Below are positions 36,693 through 49,100 of a stretch of DNA of 64,000 nt, piece by piece. Below the pieces are notes generated by a model. It saw nothing but the letters and a program-made list of their open reading frames with translations, was not told the origin of the DNA and made no database searches. Made by a program: the position numbers and the translations under genes. The DNA is taken from sequence record NC_070952.1; one strand, written 5' to 3'. Position 1 is the first letter of the stretch. Each line of letters begins with the position of its first letter.

Positions 36693-37174
36693 TGGAACAA
36701 GAAGTTATTGAACTTACCCCCATTGAACGACTGATCGCTTTTTATAGTGAAGAGTTGTTTAATGAAATTGTGATCAACCGGGACAGTACCAGTTTCTGGG
36801 AGAAAGCAAACTCCTATCTGTTTGAGAACGCGTTAACCTCGTTTCGTGAAGGGGTTAAGAGTTTACGGGAAGGCATGGTTGAAGATAAAGACATGTTCAA
36901 CTACTTCAGTGCATTTTGTTTCCGTATCTTTTCTCAACCCTTCACGGATCCCGCTCTGAGTGTTTTCTCAGAAGGGTTCAATGAAATCGCCGATGATCCG
37001 GTCTTCTTTAAAGAAGCGTTTCAATGGAACACCAAGGCTCTCAGTACCATAGAGGTCCTGTTGCTCTTCCTGTGTGTTCATCGTAATAAGATCACCATTA
37101 TGCTGGATACCCGTATCAGAACAGAAAGAGCAGCGGCTGCAGAAACCAGGGCGGTAAAAGGAGGTAAACGATAA
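36692..37174 (+). CDS. Conserved hypothetical protein
   Basis: 160-aa ORF, TAATG coupling. Confidence 0.7.
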   Translation: MEQEVIELTPIERLIAFYSEELFNEIVINRDSTSFWEKANSYLFENALTSFREGVKSLREGMVEDKDMFNYFSAFCFRIFSQPFTDPALSVFSEGFNEIADDPVFFKEAFQWNTKALSTIEVLLLFLCVHRNKITIMLDTRIRTERAAAAETRAVKGGKR

Positions 37175-37905
37175 TGTCGACTATCTCCTGCTTTACCAAT
37201 CTGGATTCGCTGTTTGACCCTCGTCGAGGGATCATTACAAAAGTGGCGTTGGAAAGTGGTAACACCAAGTTCAATTGGAATACCAACATGGCGGAGGTGT
37301 ATAAACGTCGCCGCTATGATTATTTCAACCAGCCGGAGTTAGGGATTACTCAGGAGAAGTACGAAGCACGGTATGCAGCAAGGACCATTAATGACTTTGC
37401 TGACGAAACCCAGTGTTACTTCTATCCGAGTAAACTTATCCGCAGCATGTTCCGTATGGTACGTGAAGTGGAGTTCGGTGTGGGACAGATGTTATCGGTT
37501 TCTACTTTCTCCGTAACTGTTAACTTATATCCCTATACTTTGACAACGGAATTGTTAGATGAATTAGAATCCGTCATTCGTGGTGCGGTTCCATTTAACA
37601 TCTCTCTATCTTTTGTAAAGATACCGTATGATGAATTAACTCCTTCGGTATTGAACGGATATCAGTATGTCTTTATCTACGATTTCTTAATCGGTAAAGA
37701 CTACAAAGTGTATTGGGAAAATTACGCAGCTTCCAGTGGTTCCACTGTGAAGTTCTTCGTTCCCGATATGCTTGTTTACAAAGAACTTCCTGAAGAAATG
37801 AGACGCGAAGAGCCGATCGAGACTATAGGAAAACTGAACGTTACTCAAGGCGGTAAAATAACCTGGGTACCATGCCTAAAAACCATATTCGATTATTCGG
37901 AATAA
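37174..37905 (+). CDS. Conserved hypothetical protein, degenerate HAD-like N-terminus
   Basis: CFTNLDSLFD motif; 243 aa. Confidence 0.6.
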   Translation: MSTISCFTNLDSLFDPRRGIITKVALESGNTKFNWNTNMAEVYKRRRYDYFNQPELGITQEKYEARYAARTINDFADETQCYFYPSKLIRSMFRMVREVEFGVGQMLSVSTFSVTVNLYPYTLTTELLDELESVIRGAVPFNISLSFVKIPYDELTPSVLNGYQYVFIYDFLIGKDYKVYWENYAASSGSTVKFFVPDMLVYKELPEEMRREEPIETIGKLNVTQGGKITWVPCLKTIFDYSE

Positions 37906-37912
37906 GGTCATC

Positions 37913-37940
37913 CTCCAGAGAGCCTCACGGCTCTCTGGAG
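37913..37940. terminator. Bidirectional hairpin terminator
   Basis: CTCCAGAGAGCC-tcac-GGCTCTCTGGAG between convergent genes. Confidence 0.75.
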
Positions 37941-37953
37941 ATGTTGTTTGCTC

Positions 37954-38580
37954 TTAGGAGTTTTCAGCGTCAAAGTCTTCTGGCATTTTTTCACTGGTAT
38001 TGATTCGTTGTTCAGGGTCAATCTCGAAAGCTTCTTCGATTTTCTTACTGTCAAGAATCTGACGACCTTGGAACTTCTCTTCTTCACTGATCTCTTCATC
38101 CGGGTTATCGGTTTTGAAGAGCTTATGCTCAGCGAATGGATCCAGTGGCATTTGGAATTCAGCGAAGGTAGGCATTACCAGACGACCAGCAGAAACTTCG
38201 TTCAGTGCATTGACAAAGGTAGCGAAGCTGGCTTTGTTGTCTTCCAACTCACGGTCACGCAGACGTTCTTTACGGTCGTCTCGCACTGACTTTTCCATTT
38301 GTCCTAACAGGGTGTTAATGGAATCCATCAACTTGGGATTGTTTGGTTTATTGAGGAAAGTGGTGGTAGCGATATCCAAAATTAACTTACGTTGTTTCTG
38401 GACAATGTTAAGCAAACTCTTCTCATTGTCAACTGAATGACCGGCGTTCAGGATTAACTGAATTTCATTGATCAGAGCTTCTTTCTCTTTTTCCTGCACT
38501 AACTTGTTTTCATCTTTGTGGTCGTTAGTGTAGACCGGCGGATGAATACTGTCTTCTTCATCGTACATGTTCTGCTCCAA
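37954..38580 (-). CDS. Conserved hypothetical protein (acidic, helical)
   Basis: 208-aa ORF. Confidence 0.7.
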   Translation of the reverse strand: MEQNMYDEEDSIHPPVYTNDHKDENKLVQEKEKEALINEIQLILNAGHSVDNEKSLLNIVQKQRKLILDIATTTFLNKPNNPKLMDSINTLLGQMEKSVRDDRKERLRDRELEDNKASFATFVNALNEVSAGRLVMPTFAEFQMPLDPFAEHKLFKTDNPDEEISEEEKFQGRQILDSKKIEEAFEIDPEQRINTSEKMPEDFDAENS

Positions 38581-38604
38581 TTCTTTTTAACCGGCCATTA
38601 TGTT

Positions 38605-38632
38605 TGAGACTGATATTATCAAAGTAGATAAC
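38605..38632 (+). promoter_or_regulatory. Phage promoter motif, copy 7 (variant)
   Basis: TGAGACTGATATTATCAAAGTAGATAAC; TGTA replaced by TAGA. Confidence 0.55.
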
Positions 38633-38679
38633 AGTGAAATCTATTTCGATAATATTAATTAATAGACACGGAGTTATAA

Positions 38680-39234
38680 ATGTTTTTAGATAAGCTGTTA
38701 AACAAGATTCCGTATTTTCGCAATAGACGTATTGCTAAGATGAAAAGAGATCTTGTTGACATCAAGAATAATTTCGCTAACGGGTTCTTTAATGATGAAT
38801 TCCTCGTTAGTCTTCACAATATCGTAAATAGCCCTCTGATCGCGTTTACAGAGGACATCGTATATGGGACGATGAAAGACATCACCTTAAGAACAAAGTC
38901 TTCGGTGAGTGCTTACACGCTGTTAGAAAAGAAGGTTTTTAAGAAGACAGAATTAGAGAGAAGTCCGTTGATCAGTATGAGCATGAACACGGGCTACTTT
39001 AATGAATGGTATTCTAATGAAGCATCGTTACTTAACTTCATTGCGATACTCAAGCCATATTTAGCAGCACAGATATGGCTCAATAATAATCCAGAGTTTG
39101 AACTCCTCGAAGATGTCGATTTGTCTGAGTACGGTGAAATAGATGTGGAGATGTATGACACTTTACTTTACAGACTGTTGCTTGAGGATCTGGTTAATAT
39201 TATTTCATTTTACTTAGAGATACAGTATGAATGA
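38680..39234 (+). CDS. Conserved hypothetical protein
   Basis: 184-aa ORF, GGAG SD. Confidence 0.7.
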   Translation: MFLDKLLNKIPYFRNRRIAKMKRDLVDIKNNFANGFFNDEFLVSLHNIVNSPLIAFTEDIVYGTMKDITLRTKSSVSAYTLLEKKVFKKTELERSPLISMSMNTGYFNEWYSNEASLLNFIAILKPYLAAQIWLNNNPEFELLEDVDLSEYGEIDVEMYDTLLYRLLLEDLVNIISFYLEIQYE

Positions 39235-39637
39235 TAAAAAGAAACCGGTGCAGTACATCAAAAACAAGAACTTCGTTCCCTATGAGCAGTTGACTGACGC
39301 ACCCAGCCGACAGTTCAGGAAGATTCTTGATGAGCTTGATATTAATCAAGCCAAATGGAAAACCTATCTTGATGACTATCTTCGCGCTATACACCCTGAT
39401 GACTCTGGTCCGGCTATGGAAGTTAAACGAGCCCGATCCACTGCGCTAGGTAATATCCAGAGCACGTTATTTTGTTCACGTACTCTAAGTCATAACAAGT
39501 TCTTAATGGGCTTGAAGATACTCAAGATAAAAGAAGTCCTCATGGACATCACGGTGACAAAAGAATCTGGTGAGACTAAAACTGTATCAGAGAAAACCAT
39601 CTTGATGAAAAGCTATGTAGACTTTTCGAAAGACTAA
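39227..39637 (+). CDS. Conserved hypothetical basic protein
   Basis: 136-aa ORF overlapping upstream stop. Confidence 0.7.
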   Translation: MNDKKKPVQYIKNKNFVPYEQLTDAPSRQFRKILDELDINQAKWKTYLDDYLRAIHPDDSGPAMEVKRARSTALGNIQSTLFCSRTLSHNKFLMGLKILKIKEVLMDITVTKESGETKTVSEKTILMKSYVDFSKD

Positions 39638-39645
39638 TCAGATAC

Positions 39646-39698
39646 GTTACTCTACCCTTGAGGTAGAGTAACTGTCTTTACCTCATTATTTTTTTTTA
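39646..39698 (+). terminator. Intrinsic terminator (CTACTC family)
   Basis: GTTACTCTACC-cttga-GGTAGAGTAAC then tgtctttacctcattaTTTTTTTTT, a tail shared with 18925. Confidence 0.75.
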
Positions 39699-39706
39699 GG
39701 ATTGAT

Positions 39707-40837
39707 ATGACTCTTTTACAAAAATCCGGTATCTTTGATACGGTAGACATCAACAACAATTTACAGAAAGCCAGTCAGTCTATGAGTTCGACGGTGGCAA
39801 ACCTGACCTCGCAGGTAGTCAACCCGTTCAAGTCATTAACCGCAGGTGTACAAGCCGGTGTTGCTACCATTAGCGAAACCCAATCAATAATCAGTAAGAA
39901 CCTGAGTACATATAAGTCTTCTGCGATTGATGGGATTAACAATGCCCTGAAGAACATCACTGGGGGGAAATACAACCTTTCCGATGTCGGGAGTTTGGTA
40001 ACCTACCAAGATGGGTTCAAATTAAACACTGACCAACTGTTAAGCTTAGCCGGCAGAGGGATTGGTTTCAGTGTAAGTTCAATGCAGGATTTAAAGAACC
40101 AAATCGGCAATGGCTTTATTACTGAATTGAATTCCATGACCGGGGGGATTGCAAGTGGGTTAGTGATTGCTGACACTGATGGCAGTTTTGTTAAACTCCA
40201 CATCGCTGACGACTGGCAATACAGCATGGGGACATCGCTGATCAACTTCTTAGGGTCGGATGATCCTGAAGGGTTTGGTTCAGTGGTAAACGTTGCAGCA
40301 ATTAACTCCGTGCTCAACACCCTTTTAAATCAAGCGGTGCAAAACAGTTTAACCCAGAGCTATTCCAACTTTGGCGACATGTACGTTTATCAAAGCGATT
40401 ACCATGATGCCTTAATTGACAATGCAAGCACTGCTTCGGCACGAGGGGATCTGGATTCTCTTACTGAGATTGTCAGTATTGTTGACACAGAAGGTGCAAC
40501 CAAAATTGCAGCACTGTACCCTAACACGGTACAAGAACTGTTAACCAACTATTACTTCAGTAGTGATGTTGATCCATCTGACTACCCTAAACTGACTACC
40601 GATTTATTAAATGTCTGTACCTCTTTAAATGGTGCTGACTGGTATAAGTACCCGACTCAGTTTGGTATGGTAACTAACGTAGGCTTAGTGAGCACCATTT
40701 CAGCTGATGCCAAGACTTTGTTAGAAAGTAATGAAGACATGATCCCGTTACTTTGTTCATCGGGAATTTTCACAGAGCAATCGGCAACCGAGTTGTTCAC
40801 CACTGATTTTCCTAATGCAATTAAATTAAGCGCATAA
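39707..40837 (+). CDS. Putative virion structural (tail/baseplate) protein
   Basis: 376 aa, S/T/N-rich; typical of phiKZ-like virion genes near the tail lysin. Confidence 0.55.
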   Translation: MTLLQKSGIFDTVDINNNLQKASQSMSSTVANLTSQVVNPFKSLTAGVQAGVATISETQSIISKNLSTYKSSAIDGINNALKNITGGKYNLSDVGSLVTYQDGFKLNTDQLLSLAGRGIGFSVSSMQDLKNQIGNGFITELNSMTGGIASGLVIADTDGSFVKLHIADDWQYSMGTSLINFLGSDDPEGFGSVVNVAAINSVLNTLLNQAVQNSLTQSYSNFGDMYVYQSDYHDALIDNASTASARGDLDSLTEIVSIVDTEGATKIAALYPNTVQELLTNYYFSSDVDPSDYPKLTTDLLNVCTSLNGADWYKYPTQFGMVTNVGLVSTISADAKTLLESNEDMIPLLCSSGIFTEQSATELFTTDFPNAIKLSA

Positions 40838-40890
40838 CAAACATATTCCTACTCTACCCGATTGGGTAGAGTAGGAGCTATGACTTATTT
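40836..40890. repeat. 55-bp hairpin element, copy B
   Basis: Identical to 7641..7695 except two loop bases (gatt vs aact). Confidence 0.9.
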
Positions 40891-40894
40891 TTTT

Positions 40895-43108
40895 TTAACG
40901 GTTAAGTGGACGTCCAGTAAAGATACGGGAAATGTCCCCAACGATGGAATCATTCACTACCCCTGCAATGGTCGCAGGTTTAAAGATGTTTTTCACATCG
41001 GTTGTAAAGCGTGTCAAGCGACGGTTAAGGTCGTTGTAACGTAATACAGTATCCAAGTAATCAATACCTGCTGTACGGTTCACCCAGTCGTTATATTTAC
41101 CCACATCACCTAAGTAACGAGATGACTGACCAGCCACGTTCAATAAATCTAACGGGTTAGTTACACGACTGATTGGAACAGACATCACTTTGTCCAGATC
41201 GGTTACAGTTAAGTTGACACGCAAGTTACGTGGTTTCATATCTGTGGTCCAACCTAGGGGACCTGAGCCAAATTCAAAGGACGCATTCTGAATGATACCA
41301 GTACGGATAATCGATTTACCGCGACTGAACACTTTGACCAAGAACGGTGTGGTGTACGTTGAACCGCCAGTTGAGAACGGCACAATAAACGGCATCAATA
41401 AAGACAGCGGTAAGAAGATGTTGGTTGCAATGGAATACGGATGAGCATACGGGGCTTCAAAATAGAAACTGAAGCTTTCACTGTGCAAGTTGGTTGTTGA
41501 ATCTTCCCAGTGATCAGGTATTTCTACTTTGGAGTTACCCAGTAATGCCAACGGGACGTTACCAATAACTGACCCTGCTGCAACCCCGGCTACCGCATCC
41601 TTAATCCCATTGACAAACTCATCAACAATCCCAATCCCTGTTTGCCCGCCACCGATGTTGAACTTGAAGTCCTGCACGGCTGTAACGGTACTGTTGAAGG
41701 TAGATGCAATGGCAGATGACGTTGTACTGTTACTGAAGGAGTCAGACACACTGCCTGTTCCCTCGGTACGGAAAGTAACCCCGTCCAGACCACCGTAGAA
41801 CCCATCCATCAACAAGGTTCCAATCTGACCCAGCCATGAACTTTCATCCACATCACTTGGGCTTGAGATTGTGGTCGGTTCAGTCCCTGACAGCTGCGCC
41901 GCTGATTGGGTGGTTGCTGCCGTGTTGGTACCGCCATCCAACCCAAAGGCTTCTGAGTTGGTTGCCTTGATCTTATCCTGGTATCCCGCAATATAAGCAC
42001 TGCCGTCTACCGCACCAGTGGCTTGACTTTCAGCACCAACCGGTTTGATGTTCTGGCCGGCATCCGCACTGGTATACGCAGACGCTACTTCAGGGTAGTT
42101 AAGTTCATCCATACCACGGGCTTTACCTACGGTCTTGAGTTCCTTCATCAGGTACTCACGTGTGGTTGTTCCAGCAGTACTTCCCCCGTTAGCATTGACA
42201 AACCCACTGTCAGCCATCAGGTTATTTAGAATCCCCTCGATACGTTGATCCTTTTGCTCCACGGTTCTAATCCCGAACTGGTCATCCAAGTTCTTGATTT
42301 CTTTCATGAAGTGTCGGAACTTCCGCACACCACGGGTGGAGACTTTTAAGATATCAATCGTCCCATCCGGGTTAATGGCATCCGGGAACAACGAGTGCAT
42401 ATACGAAATGTTGTTCTTCGCAATCTCCGTATCGGTCTGATAACCTTTCGCACCACCGCCAGCAAAATCACGGTCACCCGCTTTGGTGTTACCCTGGTCT
42501 TGACGATCAGCAGGCAGAACACTCAGTGAGTAACCGGCTGAGATCATCAGGTCATTGAAGATACCTTGAGCAGCAGTAAAGTACATCCCCATAGACGGTT
42601 TGCAATAATACCATTTGTTCTTAGGGGTATTCGTCAGGTATTCAAAAAAGTTAAATGAGGTAGCAACAATCTGCGCAGGCCAGAATGCAATAGCACCGGC
42701 AGCTTGGCCAATGTAGAATGCCCATGTTGGAGCACGTCCTTTATTCGCCATGATCGATGCAGAATAATCAAACATGTTCAGGATGAATGTGATCATCCCG
42801 GTGAATTCCGCGACACCTGCCGTAAAGGTTGCGCTTAAGGCATTGTCTTGGTGAATGCGTTTATAATACCGACCCTGGTTCCCCATTTTGTTTTCCATTG
42901 CGGGCTTAGGGTAGGGATCAGTATTACGACTAAACCCCGGTAGAGGGTTAACGAATTTGTTATCCCCTACAGCAGTGGAGAAGAAACTGGTATATAAGTC
43001 ATAATCCGATCTGACTAATACTTTCTCTGGATCTTTAATGCCTTCACTCATCAAGCGAAACGATCTGGAAACTATATTCCTGTCTTTATAATCAACGGTA
43101 ACGCTCAT
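40895..43108 (-). CDS. Putative baseplate/tail hub protein (phiKZ gp182-like)
   Basis: 737 aa immediately downstream of the tail lysin; synteny with phiKZ-like phages (recall). Confidence 0.6.
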   Translation of the reverse strand: MSVTVDYKDRNIVSRSFRLMSEGIKDPEKVLVRSDYDLYTSFFSTAVGDNKFVNPLPGFSRNTDPYPKPAMENKMGNQGRYYKRIHQDNALSATFTAGVAEFTGMITFILNMFDYSASIMANKGRAPTWAFYIGQAAGAIAFWPAQIVATSFNFFEYLTNTPKNKWYYCKPSMGMYFTAAQGIFNDLMISAGYSLSVLPADRQDQGNTKAGDRDFAGGGAKGYQTDTEIAKNNISYMHSLFPDAINPDGTIDILKVSTRGVRKFRHFMKEIKNLDDQFGIRTVEQKDQRIEGILNNLMADSGFVNANGGSTAGTTTREYLMKELKTVGKARGMDELNYPEVASAYTSADAGQNIKPVGAESQATGAVDGSAYIAGYQDKIKATNSEAFGLDGGTNTAATTQSAAQLSGTEPTTISSPSDVDESSWLGQIGTLLMDGFYGGLDGVTFRTEGTGSVSDSFSNSTTSSAIASTFNSTVTAVQDFKFNIGGGQTGIGIVDEFVNGIKDAVAGVAAGSVIGNVPLALLGNSKVEIPDHWEDSTTNLHSESFSFYFEAPYAHPYSIATNIFLPLSLLMPFIVPFSTGGSTYTTPFLVKVFSRGKSIIRTGIIQNASFEFGSGPLGWTTDMKPRNLRVNLTVTDLDKVMSVPISRVTNPLDLLNVAGQSSRYLGDVGKYNDWVNRTAGIDYLDTVLRYNDLNRRLTRFTTDVKNIFKPATIAGVVNDSIVGDISRIFTGRPLNR

Positions 43109-43124
43109 GAATTAAACCTCGATG

Positions 43125-43146
43125 TAAGTGCCCCGAAGGGCACTTA
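43125..43146 (-). terminator. Hairpin with C(UUCG)G loop after tape measure gene
   Basis: Minus strand TAAGTGCCC-TTCG-GGGCACTTA. Confidence 0.65.
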
Positions 43147-43154
43147 ATTATCAA

Positions 43155-46100
43155 TCAAACTTTGACAATTGGTTGGCTGGCGCCATTCCTTTTCAAGCTA
43201 TCCCTGATTTCCTTAAGAACCGTTAACTGTTGAGCATTGATCTGTGCACCTACAGAGTCAGCCACATTCATTTGATCCGGCATGTTAATCGCCGGAACAG
43301 GGGCTGGAGCCGTTGGAGCAAGAGATGCTGGAGCAGCAGTCTTAGTCGGAGTACTCGTGCGTGCTGGAGCCGAAGCACCGGCAGTTGGAGACCCACTTGG
43401 ATTATCAGTGGACGTGGAACTTGTGACAGGTGCATTGTCGTTAGTGGAAGCAGGTCCTGACGATGTCACCGGACTACTCATTGGTGACGCATTCGCCGTT
43501 GGTGGAGGAGTTCCTGCATTAGATGGTGCAGAAGATTTCTCTGCTTGGTCTAACAAGGCTCCTGTTGCTCCCGGTTTAACAACTTTGGTCTCTGTACCGG
43601 TTCCCATCTTGTCTGCTGGAACATTCTTATCCGCGGCTTCTGGAACATCCGGGGACTGATTGTTCATCGCATTCTGATCACCTGCTTGGGCCGAAGCGTC
43701 GTCAGCATTATCTCCACCTGGAATGTTTAATGAACCACTCCGCAGTTTGTTGAGATAATCATTATAGAAAGCCCGACGTTCGTCTGTTGCAGGAACAGCA
43801 TTCCCACCGTTAATACCGCGCACCGCTGTATCGAAGTCACCGGTTTTCGCAATCGACTTCATTGCGGCACTGTTCTTCAAGAACCATACAGCTGATTCAG
43901 CCATAACGTTTGGATCTTCAGAAACCAATTCAGGATGTGAGACAACATCAATACCTGATGCTTTCTTGAAGGCTTCGTAGTTTGATTTGCCCGTTAACTG
44001 GAACAACCCACGACCACGGTAATCCCATCCGTCTTCGGGTTTCGTGTTACCCAACGCTGGACCTTTTGGTGCCCGACCATAAACATACATTGCTCGTTCA
44101 ACAGGAGACATCGCAGCAACTTTCTGTGCGGTAGCCGCATCAGGGATGTTCTTGAAGTACTTGAGTAATGTCGGCGCTGACCAGTTGGTATTCTCAACGG
44201 TGCTTTGATAACCACCCGTTTCCTTTCTTGCCATTGCTAAAGCAAGTGCCAGGGTTTTATTATCACGGAAGCCTGCTTTCACGAGATGGTTCAGCATTAA
44301 CTGATCACCTTGTTCAAGCGACATCTTGATTCCCTTATCGGAACCGGCTTTCTTGATAAACTCAGGGTTAAAGCTTTGATTCGCATTTCCCATGAATTGA
44401 CCTGCTGAACCTGCAGGACCGCCCGGTGCACTCATTGTTGCATTTGGATAATACCCACCGGCTGCAGAGCTGCCTCCCGAGGAACGCAGTGGACCGCCGC
44501 CTGATGCAAAGCCTGTGGCACCTTTACCGTACACCGCATCCATGATGGATTTAGTCTGGGCATCGCTTCCTACTCCATTTGTGGCTGTCGGGGTAGAAGT
44601 ACTGGTGGCTTCACTTTTCGCTTTCTCCAATTCAGGGTCTTTGATCGCCGCTTCTTTGGCTTTCGAATCCAATATCTTCATGTACTTGTCAGCACGGTCT
44701 GGATAGGTTCCTGAATCAGAATCTGGGAATGGTGACGCATTAACGGACCAGATAGGTTGCTGGGTATCGTTAACGGTAACAATCAATCCTAGAAGCTTAC
44801 GAGCGATAATGGCTTTGTTGGTATCAGAAAGAGAACGCCACGTTTTACCAGGTATCCCACCACGAAGCTGTACCGTTTGTTTGCAGTATTCCATCAGTGT
44901 CGGTAAGAAACGATCACGGAACCAAATCATCCAGTTGTTCTTGGATATGATGTTTCTGTCGACGACATGGAAGCTTGCTTTAAACAATTCCAGCAACTGG
45001 TTAGACTTACCAGTGAAACGTGCATCTTTGCCAGTCACCATGATGAAGCTTTCAGTATAACGTTCTAAACGCAACACCGCTTCAACACGCCAAGGAACAC
45101 TCTTGTCATTACCGTACACCGCCAGACGTGCTAAAGTAAAGGCATCAAGATTACCGTCTTTACCGTACATGTCAGAGATATCGATTTTCGTTACATCGGC
45201 TGGAGAGGTGATATCATCAACTGCTTGTGCCGAAGCACCTGCTGCTTTCTGATCCATCCCAGGAGTAATGGCAATCTCAGGCATGCTGGTTGTGTCACCA
45301 GACTGACTGTTATCTTGTTTGGCTTGTGCACTTGCATCTGCGGTCATTGATTCAGGTGTCTTCTCCGGTGGAGCTGGCATTTCCTTTTTCAATTGATCAA
45401 ACAGTTTGGCGACGGCATCACGAGTTTGTTCAGGACCCATGGTTGCTTCTTTATCATCGATACGGACATCGATAGAATAAGGAGGCGGGTTATAACTGGC
45501 AATGCCTCGTTGGGCTTGTTCAACAACTTTCACTGCATCGTAAGACTTAGAGTTATCAAACTCAACAATGTCTCCCATACGTTCGGTTGCAACGGCCACG
45601 TTATAAATCATGAACACCGGTTTAAAGCGTGCCATGAACCACGTACCGATTGCACTCTTGTCATTAAACTTACTGATCCCACTGTTAGCGAAGTCGTCCA
45701 CCAGTTTCCCGGTTGGGGTATTCGGTTTCAGTGACGCCTTGTTATCTTTAATGACCACGTATTGATACAGTTGATTTTCCAGTGCCATAATACGACGAGC
45801 CAAATTACTACTCGTATCATGGACACCGTACATTGCCAAACGGATCTTTCTTTGGGTGGTGATCTTGTTCGCTGCTTTCTCAACACCAGGGGCGTTGTTA
45901 ATAACAGGTTTGCCGTCTAGTGCGGATTGTGCTGCATCGGCTTTTCGGCGATCAGTGTAGAAGGTACCATCAGAAGTCCAGAACAAGCCAATGTTGTCTA
46001 ACTTCTCATATCCGTCTGGACCCAACACACCCTGAAGTGCGCTCTTAGCCAGGCTGCCTTGAGGAAGCCAATCGGTAACAGTATTGACTACCTTATCGGT

Positions 46101-49100
46101 GGCTGTTTGGTGACGACCAGTTACTGGATCAGCATCGCCAATATCCAAGTCCTCTGTTCCAGTTTCATAATCCGCTGGATCATTATTGAAGATCTCGTCA
46201 ACAGCCATTCCACCCAGCGCAGCGTAAGCAGATCCTTTTGCAAAGCGACCTAATTTACCGCCTCTTCTACGACCCGCTCCACGGTTACCAGCCCGGTTCC
46301 TTCTTCTAGCACCTTGACCACGTTGTTCAGGTTCAGGACCTATCCCGCCGCCAGCACCTCGTCTTCCTCCGCCTAAAAGACCACCGGCCAGTTTAGTGAA
46401 GCCCCATTTCATGAGTTTGAAGATAGGAGAAGAAATCCCCATTACACCTGAGAAGAGTGCGGTACCAATTTTGGCTAACCGCCCAGTGGATTTCAGCAAG
46501 CTACCGAAGACCAGACTCCCGATTGTTCCGATAGGGTTTTTAAAGAGTTTGACACCAAAGCCACCTAACGCTAAGAACATGTCTTTGATCTTACCAAAGA
46601 ACCCTTTGCTCTCGCCTTTCTCTTCTTCCCCACCCATGCCTTTGGTATTTTTAGCGATCTCAATGATAGCTTCATTTACCTTGTGCTTTTCTTCGGAAGC
46701 GGCTTCTTTCTTCTTCCACTCCAGTGAGTTAAGACGAAGACCTGCACCATCAGAACCACCGGTCATTTTAGAACGGATTGCTTCAGTTAGGTTATCGGTT
46801 TCCATTGGGATACCGAAGTGCTGAGACATCATGCGGTAGATCAAATCCAGTCGGTGTTCAACCCCAGAGTTTCCAGAGCCTTTCGAACCACCCACGCCGC
46901 CAGCGGCACTTCCTGGAGCAGTTGCTTGGCTTGAATAACCAAATCGTCCCAAGAGTGAATTGAGTCCAGCTTTAGCCAACCCCGCTGCACCGCCAACCAC
47001 GCCAGCAACACCAGCGCCCATATTGCGTACAGCCATACCTGAGGCCGTGACCAAACCTGATTTGTATTCCTCTTCACTAACCAGTTGATTACCTTGGTCA
47101 TCATAGACTGGCCCATTGATCTCATTCCATCCAGTGATTGGTTTAAAGTTTCCTGATTCATCACGAGAGTAATATTCACCGGCTTTGAATTTCGCTGCCC
47201 TGAGAGCAGGTTCTTTCTGACCTTTAATATAAATGTCTTGTTGATAAACCAGATCTTTACCCGTGTCAATAATAGAACGAATACGGCCAAGAGGATCGGC
47301 AAGGTTATACGCACCCACAATGCCGTCACGCACACGACGCAGTCCATTCAACGCAACGGCACGACCATCAGCACCAAAGATCTTACCGGCCAGCTCACGC
47401 GCTCCAATGACCGCACGTGTTGCGGTATCGAAGATCGGTCCGCGAATGTCGTTCCACGTTTTAATAACCCGTCGAGTGGCAGCATCCAAATATTCACCTG
47501 CTTTTAACTTAGCAGATTTCAGAAGAGGTTCACCCTTTTCATCCAGGATATCCTCATCGTCATTTGGAGCAGCAGTAGACGTGTTACCGCTTCCGGTACG
47601 GTTACGACGTTGGTAGTGATCAACTGCAGCACCGAGTGCTAAACCGCCGGCGGCAAGCGCTCCTGAGAGCAGGAAGTTCTTACTAGTGGCAGCGGCACCT
47701 ACGGCACCCAGAATCCCACCCAGGACCATTGGGTTGCGACTCATGATGAAGTCCATCCCTCGACCCATCATTCCCGTTGGAAGCTTACTCTTGATTTTAT
47801 CTAAGAAGGACTTTTTGGCTTGTTCTTCTTGACGTTCTTCAGAAGGTGTTCCCGCTGTTCCTGTGGTGAGTTTCCCTGCCTTGGCTAACTCCAGGAGACT
47901 TCCCATTAACGATTCGATATTCTTGCTGGTACTGAAAATACCGGCATTGCTATCTTTGATCTCAGTCAGTGCACCGGTCATGGTATCGAAATTAACCATT
48001 GAGGCGTTCTGACCAGGGGTCGCTTCTGGCTGCGGTTGGTTCAAGGTTCCCAGGCGTTCATTCAACTGCTGCAGGGTTTCGTTTAATCCGTCCATTGGGT
48101 TAACAGTCGGACTACTATTACCACTGGTACGCAGACCACCTACCGTTGGGTTCTTTTTACCACCTTTCGGAAGGACACCACGCAGAGCAGGATCGTTCGG
48201 GTTATCCATGTATTGACCAATGCGGTCATGGAAAGCCTGATTGTTGATCTTGTCAATGCCGTTCTCGGTATAGATCACTCCAATGTCACGGAGCATCTGT
48301 TCGTTACCGGTGGCACGCAACAAGTCAATACGTTCTGCTACATTCGGGAAGTTGGACTTCAAGTTCTCTGCAGAAGCAGATGCGTTGTTCAGACGTTCAC
48401 GGCCTTCTTTCGTTGGCATCTTGCTCATCTGTTTCATACGCTGGAAACTATCAGAGCTGTTGAACGTGCTGACATCCTGAGTCGTAATACCAAAGTGACG
48501 CATCAGCGCAGCATGCACTTCCTTCTGAGCAGAAGGACTCATCCCTTTGATGTCGCCTAAATAGTAGTACGGGTTAAACCCCATCTCGGCATCAATGTCT
48601 TTCGCTACTTGCTGAGCAAACGCTTTACGAGTAGACGGAGACAAGAACTTATCAGGGTCAATAGAGTCAACCAGAGATAATGATGCTTGAGCGTAACGTT
48701 GGAATTCACCGTGAGGCATGAGGTCGGCTTGTACTGATACACGACGTTGAGAATCCGTTTGGAATTCACCTCGCATATAGTTATAGCTTTCCGACTCTAC
48801 ATTGTCCTTTCCTGTGCGCATCTTTTCTAAGATCAAGTTTGTCTTAGAAATCAAACCCGGCAACACTTCGTTTAAGGTGATGTTGTTAAGTTCTTTCCAA
48901 ATACCTGGCTGGTTAAGATCTTTAACATCACGTTTCTTCAACGTGTACTGTGTACCACGGGTTTTGTTTGCATCACCCATCAGTTTGTTAATGGCTTCTT
49001 TACCGCGGTTAGACGCAGCGTTCAGAGCCGTCCAAGCCGCTTTAGGAAGAGGTTTCTTACCCGGCGGTAATTCAGAGAGGTAATGTTCATAATCGGCATA

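Noticed and set aside
7641-40890. Repeated hairpins as a CRISPR array or IS ends
   Set aside because: Copies are dispersed singly at gene junctions, with no spacer array, transposase or target-site duplication.
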